This document shows, piece by piece, positions 19,201-27,316 of a DNA stretch of 64,000 bases. The DNA lies in the NCBI GenBank assembly GCA_028819545.1, contig JAPPLG010000016.1, forward strand, positions 5,160 to 69,159, written 5' to 3'. This stretch comes from Bdellovibrionales bacterium. Its GTDB lineage: Bacteria > Bdellovibrionota > Bdellovibrionia > Bdellovibrionales > UBA1609. Within the stretch, counting starts at the first letter, position 1, and every line of letters starts with the position of its first letter. The position numbers and the translations under genes were made by a program. Below the pieces are notes generated by a model. It did no database searches, had not been told where the DNA came from, and saw only the letters and a program-made list of their open reading frames with translations.

Positions 19201-20349
19201 AGAGCTATCTGTTTAGAAACAAAAATACACAAGCTTGAAACCATATCAACACTGGATAATCTAGTTTTTGAAAATCTGTATGATTGGCCTGAAAGCCTCC
19301 CCATTGGAAAAGATTTAAAATTTATTGAAGAATCCCGTAATAAAATTTTTCATAATGAAAAACAAATTGATATTAATGAGCCTGCAATTTACGTATTCTT
19401 TAGGCAAAAAACTATGAAAGAAAACCCTGTTTATCATACAAAGCACAGCAGTTCTTTTATAAACTATAATTCAGCTAATAACACAACACCCAAAGAAGGA
19501 GGCCTTTTTACACTAAGTCATTATAAAATAGCTTATGGCTATTCCCGACAGCAAAGTGAAATAGTAGATTCTCCGCACTATAGAACTCCTGATTCTCCAG
19601 AGTACATTGGTAATATGACTTTGCAGAATCGAAATGGCAATACCATTTCATTTGGAAAATATAATGGTATTATTGAAGATAATACATATCAACAGGTGGA
19701 AACAGCTACTCAAAATAATTACCCAATCAGAATAGACACTCAATGGATTCGAGGAAATTTCGATAAACAAAATTATTGGACCATTAAAGATAATCTAGAT
19801 TATGAAAATACGGACAGCCATGGAATATGCCTTAAAAAAGCTTGTTTGGAGTATGAAGAAATAAAAGAGGCAGATAGAGAAGCCTGGATTCAAACAGCCG
19901 CTCAACACATAAGACAACTACAAGGTTTTTTAAACACTGATATTAAGAGATGGATCAACAAAGCCAATCTTGAAAATGATGACAATACTCCAAAACTGCA
20001 TATGTTGCTGCCAAAAAGTGCACTGGTTTTAGATACAATGGCTAGAGCTGGATACGGACAGTCTTTAGAAACACAGCCCGATTTATTAAATATAGTTGAA
20101 GAAATAAAATCATTAAAAGAAAAAATAAACACTCAAAATACAGAACAAATATTAAAAATTATTCAAAGTTTAAGAGATTTAAACGCTAATCAAGGTATTC
20201 CCTCTCTGCCTATTCAACCGATAGTACAAGAGGTGCCTGTCGGACTGGGAGACACCAAAAGCCGACATCAGGCCTTAAATATTATATTGAACAGAAATTA
20301 TCTCAGCCCAAGAGAATGTCGCTATTTAAAAAGAAGAGAACAACAATGA
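16273..20349 (+). CDS. Giant secreted coiled-coil protein of unknown function
   Basis: 1358 aa with an N-terminal signal-like segment and long charged heptad-like regions. A ~45-aa Gly/Ala-rich hydrophobic segment is encoded around 17479-17612. Confidence 0.75.
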   Translation: MNTLIKSVYLKSCTHFLFVFFFTLPSQSLEETFNLSRPFTVTQSSYRPNTLEESLYYMELYEFLSKNKHALSLLESARKGGVHYNSAQSEFNRYLSNPVSNLREGFDLINRNTHLKAKAQIGAKISNADIGLSAEVDLKRLGNDILNSLSSKEYNQKVTDTAQFYTREIYACLENNNQCSINAQVHQIQALKAIRFHFHDFPQDKDQEGNRLNFEEKSQYASPAQIEMATTLFNTHQLRSISTQNEQNTEEIINAVNTNTESAQQISQKEKEEIITAINKHTKNIQESALIEMERLEHLRRENMRQNDPDYMNRDPIVLATNNSIQSWEKEKEQIASELEQGSITQEEYSKEIENIDRTIKEKQIDIQVYEFKKHIQNGIAWANAVEATGRVLGAPEEIIQLSRAGSASMQTIGAIGSMFIAGSIDPTGLTLALNGVSMLITAISNNPNSEQIMIELLDGLRKRQIQILNKLNEIDFKVEEIQLKVNHIIEILQMNHNQITEKLDRITDDLQRIESEMILAITEAKSTTMKESQKRGAFFTDDGRVVLDVLENWERPHLNEVISQCKHYKDQYDKTGNIRFYDDYNWCIDKARNQLFMIQESLSDMYQKSRHRFGSDTYIVEQSINKLSIEQVIDEWNKLVEDRIGIFSSIHPWLNQQYSKYMASDRRFGGLWAESQPQWDEYRQFLNRIREVNIKHPLFYDEVLSVYAPLTEKLPLPKNLSFITESNITDYKDAHLTEMCQNLKHIEDLSQYNRDHLQRAWLVYLYLSDQLKRQLNNLMEKHIDQLIERHEEQSNSFVNTPALKEPDCNCSSNYAQTEAKFFQYISSQKQTDIFRYIQNQGYNIHDFMNINPEETARKASRRPHITNPYLLQEGFFKTVQTGCGMTSKGQRKDVADLNQPKQAELFEKTLEEVRRGSQGGCWFIDQYGLFGQTGQKIQLSQQTGPYEFEGRALETMCPIFVVKKTEGTMKDEVQKRAICLETKIHKLETISTLDNLVFENLYDWPESLPIGKDLKFIEESRNKIFHNEKQIDINEPAIYVFFRQKTMKENPVYHTKHSSSFINYNSANNTTPKEGGLFTLSHYKIAYGYSRQQSEIVDSPHYRTPDSPEYIGNMTLQNRNGNTISFGKYNGIIEDNTYQQVETATQNNYPIRIDTQWIRGNFDKQNYWTIKDNLDYENTDSHGICLKKACLEYEEIKEADREAWIQTAAQHIRQLQGFLNTDIKRWINKANLENDDNTPKLHMLLPKSALVLDTMARAGYGQSLETQPDLLNIVEEIKSLKEKINTQNTEQILKIIQSLRDLNANQGIPSLPIQPIVQEVPVGLGDTKSRHQALNIILNRNYLSPRECRYLKRREQQ

Positions 20350-21980
20350 AAATTTTAATTTACTTCATAATCACTTTAGGTCTTATAAACTGCAGTCAAG
20401 GGCTTGCTACCGATGAACCTTCGAAAACTCCCGCTCTTTCCGAACAACTTGAAGAAACCACAGAAGAGCCAATAAACTCACTTAAAACACAAGTGTTTAC
20501 TTTTGACCAAATCAAAGCTATGACTCCCTCTGAAATAACAATCCGAATAGGCAAAGATAAATCTATTCCTCATTTTAAAGATTTTGAAAACTGGCCATTA
20601 TACGAGTTAAACACACAACAGTTGGGAAGACTATTTTATCAAATTATTCTACACGGATATCTTGGTAATGTCACACCTGAACAAATTCACTCTATAAGAC
20701 CAGAATCAATAAACAGAATAGACTATATTATAAGATGCCTCTCCCCTGAGCAAACAAAAGCTATGACTCCAAAACAAATTTCGAGAGTTTGGACATTTGA
20801 TTTTACTCCAGAACAAGTTGCACAGCTTAATGCCAGTCAAATAAACTCTTTATCCAGCAATGATCTCACTGCTGAAAAAGTACATGTCATCTCTCCTGAA
20901 ACTATCACAGAAATAGGTCACTATAGCATACCTTTTGATCGATTAACACGCGCTCAAGTGGAAGCCGTCACCCCTGAACAAATCTCTTATGTAGATGAAT
21001 ATGGACTTCCTGGGGATGGAATTTCAAAGTTTACAGTCGAACAAATCCCATGGCTGACTCCTGAACAAATTTCAGCTCATCCTATCGAAGTCATTCAATT
21101 TCTAAAACCAGAACAATTAGCGGCCATGTCTCACGAACAATTACAAGCTATCTCTATAGAAAAATCTTACGAGTTCAAAGACCGCCACTTGAGAGCTTTA
21201 TCCTTTAGCCAGCTTTTACTATTTGAGGAAAATCATAAGATCGATACAATTATAGGCTTTTCAGCTAACGGAAGACAGTTTTTCCAACAAACAAACCCTA
21301 AAGATTATCCACAGTATGAATACTATATGCAGTTTATTTTTCCAAATGACTTTAAACATGTCTCTTATACACAGGCTTTAAGTTTTTCTCACAATTTACT
21401 GGCAGTGTTAAGCCCTGAGAGAATCAAGTGGATGCCTTATTATGCCAAAGTACTAACCCCTCAGTTGATTCAAAAAGATGCTACTGAGCCAGATAAGTGG
21501 TTGATCACAAAAGAGCAGTTTCAAGCTATTCCTGTAGAGCAGATACCAGATTTGAGTTTAGAATTTCTTGAAGCCATGACTAATGAGCAAGTTTATTGGT
21601 TTACTTTTGAGCAGCTCGCTCACCTGAATAGAGATCAATTAAAAAGACTTTTTACTTCTGGATTTAGTGAACGCCCGCCTATGCACGTCCCAAAAGTATT
21701 TAGCATTATACATATTGCTGAACAAACAGAAGAGGGAGATGAGTGGCTAAGAGGCCCTATGAAGGAAGTGATTATGGAACATATGGAAATAGAATGTGCA
21801 CAATTTTATGGTTGCAGAGAGAGATGGATGAAATTTCCTGATCTTCCACAAAGCATGAAAGATAGTTACTTTTCCCCTCCTCCTCAGCCTGAAGAACCTA
21901 TCTTAACTTATTTGCCACATCTAATCGACTGTCAGCAACTTAGCAATCTTATAACCAATAGTAAAAATAGATCAAAATGA
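20346..21980 (+). CDS. Lipoprotein with degenerate ~10-aa TPEQI-type repeats
   Basis: Probable start is MKILIYFIITLGLINC (lipobox) at 20346, overlapping the upstream stop as ATGA. Many copies of [LF]TPEQ[IV]xx[LIM]. Confidence 0.7.
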   Translation: MKILIYFIITLGLINCSQGLATDEPSKTPALSEQLEETTEEPINSLKTQVFTFDQIKAMTPSEITIRIGKDKSIPHFKDFENWPLYELNTQQLGRLFYQIILHGYLGNVTPEQIHSIRPESINRIDYIIRCLSPEQTKAMTPKQISRVWTFDFTPEQVAQLNASQINSLSSNDLTAEKVHVISPETITEIGHYSIPFDRLTRAQVEAVTPEQISYVDEYGLPGDGISKFTVEQIPWLTPEQISAHPIEVIQFLKPEQLAAMSHEQLQAISIEKSYEFKDRHLRALSFSQLLLFEENHKIDTIIGFSANGRQFFQQTNPKDYPQYEYYMQFIFPNDFKHVSYTQALSFSHNLLAVLSPERIKWMPYYAKVLTPQLIQKDATEPDKWLITKEQFQAIPVEQIPDLSLEFLEAMTNEQVYWFTFEQLAHLNRDQLKRLFTSGFSERPPMHVPKVFSIIHIAEQTEEGDEWLRGPMKEVIMEHMEIECAQFYGCRERWMKFPDLPQSMKDSYFSPPPQPEEPILTYLPHLIDCQQLSNLITNSKNRSK

Positions 21981-22006
21981 AAATTTTAATTTACTTCATA
22001 ATTGAT

Positions 22007-22117
22007 GCTGGTGAAAGCTCTGTTAAACAAATATCCTGTTCAGATTCGATAAACCACAAGCCATTCTTGTACGTAAAGGTTATTCTGAACTTGTTTCAGA
22101 ATCCAGTGCATAGGAAA
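22007..22117 (+). repeat. Diverged internal copy of the pheT terminus plus downstream left-end module
   Basis: 22007-22053 aligns to 15850-15896 with several substitutions. 22054 onward is near-identical to 15897 onward. Confidence 0.85.
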
Positions 22118-22224
22118 TACTTTGTATAAGCGGCTCAAATGAGTTCGGATTTGATCACAGAACGACTGAAAGTTGTTCTGTGGGCAAAACGCATTTTTGA
22201 GCTTTGAGCCGCTTATACAAAGTA
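22118..22224. repeat. IR-flanked hairpin-core element, copy 2 (core in forward orientation, inverted relative to copy 1)
   Basis: Same 22-bp IRs as copy 1. The core at 22140-22202 equals the reverse complement of 15983-16043, differing only by two 1-nt indels and one substitution (61 vs 63 nt). Confidence 0.9.
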
Positions 22225-22403
22225 TTTCCCTGCTTCAACACTTCCTTCGGTTGACACTTCATCACTTCGCTCCGAACTTGATCCGGAATCCAGTCGTACT
22301 TGCAGACATTCGATCAGCAGTTTCGGTTGACACCTACACTGCCTCGCCCCCTGCAAAAGCAGGGGTCCAGCTTACATGTAAAGGCTTACTCCATAGACTC
22401 CAC

Positions 22404-22429
22404 TTAACATTACTCATGAGTAATGTTAA
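22404..22429. promoter_or_regulatory. Perfect 13+13 bp palindrome upstream of ATPase gene C
   Basis: TTAACATTACTCA|TGAGTAATGTTAA, 42 nt upstream of ATG 22471. TTGACA at 22436-22441 follows. Confidence 0.55.
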
Positions 22430-22470
22430 CTATACTTGACATTACTCATATCTCATATTACTCTCTTTTC

Positions 22471-23610
22471 ATGGTTGAAAAGCGTTATTTATTTTCCCAC
22501 ATTCAAAAAGATTTAAAATCCAAAATGGTTTTTATCGGCGGAGCCAGACAAGTCGGTAAAACCACCTTGGCCCTTAAATATTTAAAACCTTCTGACCCCA
22601 AACATCCAGCTTATCTTAATTGGGATATTTCTTCTCATCAGGAGAATATTATCAAAAATCAAATTCCACTGAAATTTAAAACAATCGTTTTTGATGAAAT
22701 ACATAAATACGTAAAATGGAGAAATTTTATGAAGGGCCTCTATGATGAACACCATAGAACTCATTCTTTTTTAGTGACAGGGTCTGCCCGCTTGGATTTT
22801 TTTTCAAAAGGAGGTGACTCCCTTTTGGGAAGATACCACTATTACCGCTTGCATCCGTTTTCCTTATTCGAAATCAATAAAAATCCAACTCGAAAAGATT
22901 TAGAGCAACTGCTCACATTCGGAGGGTTTCCAGAGCCTTTTTCAAAACAATCCAAAACATTTTCAAAAAGATGGTTTCGAGAAAGAAGAAAAAGGGTGAT
23001 CCAAGAAGATATTAGAGATTTGCAAAAAATTAAAGAAATTTCCTATATCGATCTTCTGATAGAAGCTCTTCCAAGCCGAGTTGCTTCTCCTTTATCAATT
23101 CGCTCTATAAAAGAAGATCTACAGGTCAGCCACCAATCTATCGAAAACTGGATACAAATATTGGAAAACCTTTACATGATCTTCAGAATACCCCCTTACG
23201 GCTCCCCTCAAATCCGAGCTGTAAAAAAAGAACAAAAACTGTACTTTTTTGATTGGTCGCACATCTTGGATGAAAATATTAAATTTGAAAACTTAGTAGC
23301 CAGTCACCTGCTCAAATACTGCCATTACCACGAAGATATTAATGGAGATGATATGGAATTGAGGTTTTTAAGAGATACAGACAAACGAGAAGTAGATTTT
23401 GTGGTTTTAAAAAACAAAAAACCACTATTTGCCGTCGAATGCAAAGCAGGAGAAAGAGCTCTATCCCCCCATCTCAAGTATTTTAAAGAAAGAACCCCTA
23501 TTCCTTTATGGTTTCAAGTGCATAGAGGAAAAAAAGACTATGGAGACGAAAAAACAACAGGAAGAGTTTTACCATTCACCACATTTTCTAAAGATCACCT
23601 CAAGTTATAA
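22471..23610 (+). CDS. COG1373-type AAA ATPase with a C-terminal PD-(D/E)xK-like (DUF4143-type) module
   Basis: Walker A GGARQVGKTTL, Walker B VFDEIHK, and C-terminal REVDFVV...AVECKAGE. The start MVEKRYL at 22471 is preferred over the ORF-track start at 22423, which lies inside the palindrome. Confidence 0.85.
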   Translation: MVEKRYLFSHIQKDLKSKMVFIGGARQVGKTTLALKYLKPSDPKHPAYLNWDISSHQENIIKNQIPLKFKTIVFDEIHKYVKWRNFMKGLYDEHHRTHSFLVTGSARLDFFSKGGDSLLGRYHYYRLHPFSLFEINKNPTRKDLEQLLTFGGFPEPFSKQSKTFSKRWFRERRKRVIQEDIRDLQKIKEISYIDLLIEALPSRVASPLSIRSIKEDLQVSHQSIENWIQILENLYMIFRIPPYGSPQIRAVKKEQKLYFFDWSHILDENIKFENLVASHLLKYCHYHEDINGDDMELRFLRDTDKREVDFVVLKNKKPLFAVECKAGERALSPHLKYFKERTPIPLWFQVHRGKKDYGDEKTTGRVLPFTTFSKDHLKL

Positions 23611-23637
23611 CACATACCAAGCTCCAATAGAGCCAAA

Positions 23638-23701
23638 AGCTCCCTTCAACAGCCTATGGTAAAGGCTCTGTTAAAAAAATATCCTGTTCAGATTCGATAA
23701 A
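23638..23701 (+). repeat. Perfect 64-bp copy of the pheT 3' end, right boundary of the composite insertion
   Basis: Identical to 15833-15896. It is followed by unrelated sequence leading into the ihfA-like gene. Confidence 0.95.
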
Positions 23702-23745
23702 AAAGAGTTGTCTTTTGATCCAGTTGGCTTTAAATACAAAAAATC

Positions 23746-24048
23746 ATGTCAAATAAAGAGATGAAACATACAGATACATACACCAAAAATGATATCATAA
23801 ATGCAGTCTATAATGAGATCGGCTATTCCAAAAAATACTCTACAGAACTAGTGGAATTTTGTTTTGATATTATTAAAGAGAAATTGAGAACCAATCATAA
23901 TGTAAAAATTTCTAATTTCGGACATTTCATACTGAGAGATAAAAAAGCCAGAGTAGGAAGAAACCCCACAACAGGACTTAACTTAACTATTCCTTCAAAA
24001 AGAGTAGTGACTTTTCGCCCTAGTGTATTTTTAAAAAGAAAGGTTTAG
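23746..24048 (+). CDS. ihfA: Integration host factor alpha / HU family DNA-binding protein
   Basis: 100 aa with GRNPTTG...RVVTFRPS arm motifs. pheS-pheT-ihfA is a conserved operon arrangement in many Proteobacteria. Confidence 0.85.
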   Translation: MSNKEMKHTDTYTKNDIINAVYNEIGYSKKYSTELVEFCFDIIKEKLRTNHNVKISNFGHFILRDKKARVGRNPTTGLNLTIPSKRVVTFRPSVFLKRKV

Positions 24049-24053
24049 TTTTT

Positions 24054-24455
24054 ATGCTAGATAAAGAACTCACTGATCAATGGATGGAAGAACAATTAGA
24101 TAAAATCCCCTCAAAGCTCTCATTCAGAATTGGTGAAGTGGCAAAGATTTTATCTATCAAGCCCTATATTCTTCGCTACTGGGAGTCTGAATTTGACCAG
24201 TTACGCCCCGGTAAAATGGACAACAAACAAAGGCTTTATTTCCATAAAGACATTGAAACGCTTTTATTGATAAAAAAGCTTCTTTATAAAGACGGCTACT
24301 CTATTCGCGGCGCCAAACAAGCCCTAAAATCACTCAGCAAAGAATTTAAAACAGTCAAAAAAGAACATTACTCTAAAGACCGCGTCTATCGGGAAATCTC
24401 AGGCCTTTTAGATCAAGTCTCCAAATTTAAAACAATTGTTAAAAACGCAAAATAA
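24054..24455 (+). CDS. MerR family transcriptional regulator
   Basis: 133 aa with an N-terminal HTH FRIGEVAKILSIKPYILRYWESEF. Confidence 0.8.
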   Translation: MLDKELTDQWMEEQLDKIPSKLSFRIGEVAKILSIKPYILRYWESEFDQLRPGKMDNKQRLYFHKDIETLLLIKKLLYKDGYSIRGAKQALKSLSKEFKTVKKEHYSKDRVYREISGLLDQVSKFKTIVKNAK

Positions 24456-27014
24456 CTATTTGTAAGCCTCATCCCAGTTGCTTCCTGAACCTATATTGAC
24501 TTTGAGTGGAATATCCAAAGAAAGCTCTTCAACACCCTCCCCTTCCATAATTTCCTGAATAGATGTTTTTTCATACTCCACACCCTCTTTGGGGCATTCA
24601 AATAAAAGCTCATCATGAACTTGAATCAAAAGACGAGACCATACACTGGCATTCAAATGAACCATGGCCAGTTTGACCAAGTCACTTGCTGTTCCCTGGA
24701 TGGAGGCATTAACCGCCGCTCTTTCACCAAATTTCTTTAGTCTGACATTTTTTGAAAAAAGCTCCGGAATCATTCTTCTTCGCCCAAAAAGTGTTTCCAC
24801 ATAACCTGTTTTTCTAGCCTGAGCCAAATGGCTTTCAATATAATCCCGAACTTTGGAAAATTTCTTAAAATACTGATCTACAAGCTCTCCACCTCGAAAA
24901 CGGGACACCCCCAAAGTTTCCGACAAACCAAAAGCAGTCTGACCATATGTGATTCCAAAATTCACAGCCTTGGCAATTCTTCTTTGCTCTGCACTGACTT
25001 CATCCAAAGGGACATTAAACAGCTCTTTAGCTGTACTTTTATGAATATCCTCTCCTTTTAGGAAAGCTTCCTTAAGACCCGGATCTTTTGAAAATAAAGC
25101 CAGAATTCTTAATTCAATTTGAGAATAATCTGCACTAATTAAAACATGATCTTTTTTCGAAACAAAAACTTTTCGAATTTGTCTTCCTCTGGAGGTACGA
25201 ATAGGAATATTTTGCAAATTGGGATGAGCACTGGAGAGTCTTCCTGTGGCAGTGATCGTCTGTTTAAATTGAGTATGCACTCTTTTTGTTTTTTTATCGA
25301 TAGCCTCCAGCAATCCTTCCACATAAGTGGTTTTCAATTTAAAAAGCTCTCTATAATCCAAGATCAATTGAGCAATAGGATGATGATGGGTTAAAGCCTG
25401 AAGTACATCACTATCTGTGGAAAACCCGGTCTTGGTTTTTCTGCCCTTGGCTAAACCCATTTCATCAAAAAGCACGTAAGCCAATTGCTGAGGGCTTGCA
25501 ATATTAAAAGGGTGCCCGGATTGAGCAAAAATCTGATTTTCAAGCTCTAATAAATCGCATTCCAAATTTGTTTTTTCCAAAAGCAGTTGTTTATGGTTGA
25601 TTAAAACACCCCTTCTCTCCATCTTATAAAGCACAGAGACCAAAGGCATTTCTATATTTTGAAACACAAAATCCAGTTTCATCTCTTCTATTTTTTGTTC
25701 ATAGTGTTTTCTAAGATCTACAAGAAGAGGAATAATATTTTCTTCGTTCAACTCTTCTTCTCCGCAGACTTGACGAACTAGAGAAATTAAATCTGTAGAA
25801 GGTTTATTTTCCACCAAATAACCGGCCACCATTAAATCCCAGCTGGCAATAGGGCTTTTAACCTCCATTTCTTTCCATATGGATTTTAAATCGTAACCCC
25901 ACCATTTGACTTTTTTATGTGACAACAGCTCTCCTACCAGATTCAAAGATTTTGTTTGCACCTGCACCCATGCTTTTTTTAAAAACAGATGCACCTGACT
26001 GTCTAAAACAGCCACCCCTACTTCTTCATAAGGTTTTAAAGATTCTTGTAATTCATTTAAGGACCAGGAGTATTTCCTCAACCCTTTTATTTTTTGAGGA
26101 AGTTTTTCTTTTGAAACTGAAGAAACTTTTTTCTTTTTTGAATCTTCTGCATCAGCAAACATTTTTCTTCGAATAGATCGGAATTCCAAATTATCCAAAA
26201 GCTCAAGCATTTCCTGTTTTTGCAAAGGCTGTCTTTCAAAATCCTTAAATCCAGAAACAAGTTTTAAATCTGTTATAATGCGAGCTAATTTTTGAGAAAG
26301 AAAAGCTTCTTTTTTGGAATCTTTTAGTTTTTGAGCAAGTTTTTCAGGCACCTTATCAATATTGGAATAAATATCATCCATAGTTTTATATTCTAAAAGC
26401 AGTTTTTGTGCTCCTTTTTGTCCAATTCCCCGAACCCCTGGTATGTTGTCACTGGAGTCCCCGACAATTGCTAAATAATCCACAATTTGATTTGGTTTGA
26501 CCCCCCATTTTTTTTGCACACCCTCATTATCATAATAAATGTCTTTCATAGGGTCATAAAGTTTAATCTGATTATCCACCAACTGAGCAAAATCTTTATC
26601 AGAGCTGATGACAACCACTTGAGCTTTTTTATTTTTAGACCAACAAGCTAAACTCCCAATCAAGTCGTCTGCTTCATATCCTTTGAGATCCATTTTCTGG
26701 ATACCCATTAAATCGGTCACTTTGTGAATGTAAGGCACCTGTTCTTCTAAATCTTCAGGCATTTCCTCCCGGTTCGCTTTGTACTCTTTGTAATATTTCA
26801 CACGATGAGTGGGCTCTTTTCGATCAAAGCAATACACCAAATATTGAGGTTTAAATTGTTCTAAAATCTTTAAAGTGGTTGTGAGGTAGCCATAAATGGC
26901 GCTGGTTTGTATTTTTGTTTTTTGAGACTGCATAAACGGAATAGCATAATAAGCTCTAAAAAATATAGAGCTTGCATCCACCAAATACACTGTTTTGTTT
27001 TCTATCTTATTCAT
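24456..27014 (-). CDS. polA: DNA polymerase I
   Basis: 5' nuclease domain (VYLVDASSIFFRAYYA), central exo-like domain, and Pol A motifs (ISADYSQIELRILA, RRIAKAVNFGITYG, QVHDELLFE). The probable start is MNKIENK at 27014, overlapping the ftsB-like stop. Confidence 0.95.
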   Translation of the reverse strand: MNKIENKTVYLVDASSIFFRAYYAIPFMQSQKTKIQTSAIYGYLTTTLKILEQFKPQYLVYCFDRKEPTHRVKYYKEYKANREEMPEDLEEQVPYIHKVTDLMGIQKMDLKGYEADDLIGSLACWSKNKKAQVVVISSDKDFAQLVDNQIKLYDPMKDIYYDNEGVQKKWGVKPNQIVDYLAIVGDSSDNIPGVRGIGQKGAQKLLLEYKTMDDIYSNIDKVPEKLAQKLKDSKKEAFLSQKLARIITDLKLVSGFKDFERQPLQKQEMLELLDNLEFRSIRRKMFADAEDSKKKKVSSVSKEKLPQKIKGLRKYSWSLNELQESLKPYEEVGVAVLDSQVHLFLKKAWVQVQTKSLNLVGELLSHKKVKWWGYDLKSIWKEMEVKSPIASWDLMVAGYLVENKPSTDLISLVRQVCGEEELNEENIIPLLVDLRKHYEQKIEEMKLDFVFQNIEMPLVSVLYKMERRGVLINHKQLLLEKTNLECDLLELENQIFAQSGHPFNIASPQQLAYVLFDEMGLAKGRKTKTGFSTDSDVLQALTHHHPIAQLILDYRELFKLKTTYVEGLLEAIDKKTKRVHTQFKQTITATGRLSSAHPNLQNIPIRTSRGRQIRKVFVSKKDHVLISADYSQIELRILALFSKDPGLKEAFLKGEDIHKSTAKELFNVPLDEVSAEQRRIAKAVNFGITYGQTAFGLSETLGVSRFRGGELVDQYFKKFSKVRDYIESHLAQARKTGYVETLFGRRRMIPELFSKNVRLKKFGERAAVNASIQGTASDLVKLAMVHLNASVWSRLLIQVHDELLFECPKEGVEYEKTSIQEIMEGEGVEELSLDIPLKVNIGSGSNWDEAYK

Positions 27015-27306
27015 CTTCGGGAAAAATAAATATAAGATCACCTTGGCTGGCCAAGTCAAATCTATTTCTGACTTCTTTTTCCAAGTGCTTGGGATCGGAG
27101 AGTTTTTCCATCTTTTCTATCAATATTTGATTCTTTGTCTGAATTTCCAAAGTCTGCTGATCAAGAGTTTTTTGTTGTAAATAGAGTTTTCGAATTTGAA
27201 ATAAAGTACCGTCAAAAACAATATTAAATAAAATCAATACAAGACAAAACCCCATAATGAGTTTAGGTTGTTTAAGCCATTGATCGATATACTGAAAAAC
27301 CTTCAC
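27007..27306 (-). CDS. FtsB/DivIC-like septum formation initiator
   Basis: 99 aa with one TM segment then a coiled coil, and C-terminal DPKHLEKEVRNRFDLASQGDLIF, typical of the family. Confidence 0.6.
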   Translation of the reverse strand: MKVFQYIDQWLKQPKLIMGFCLVLILFNIVFDGTLFQIRKLYLQQKTLDQQTLEIQTKNQILIEKMEKLSDPKHLEKEVRNRFDLASQGDLIFIFPEDE

Positions 27307-27316
27307 AAAAACACTC

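Larger units (their letters stand above)
15897..23637. mobile_element. Composite 7.7-kb insertion between pheT and the ihfA-like gene (module C-I 15897-22006, module C-II 22054-23637)
   Basis: Bounded by perfect 64-bp direct repeats and subdivided by a diverged internal copy. Both modules start with the same ~245-bp left-end sequence. No recombinase gene. Confidence 0.65.

Noticed and set aside
20316-20345. The longer ORF-track start (20316) for the TPEQI lipoprotein. The same question applies to 22423 for ATPase C, 34172 for the MBL-like gene, 38608 for the repeat protein and 5976 for L31.
   Set aside because: Downstream starts give proper signal peptides or family-typical N-termini. Some also have Shine-Dalgarno sequences or ATGA coupling. 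The upstream extensions overlap neighbouring genes or palindromes.
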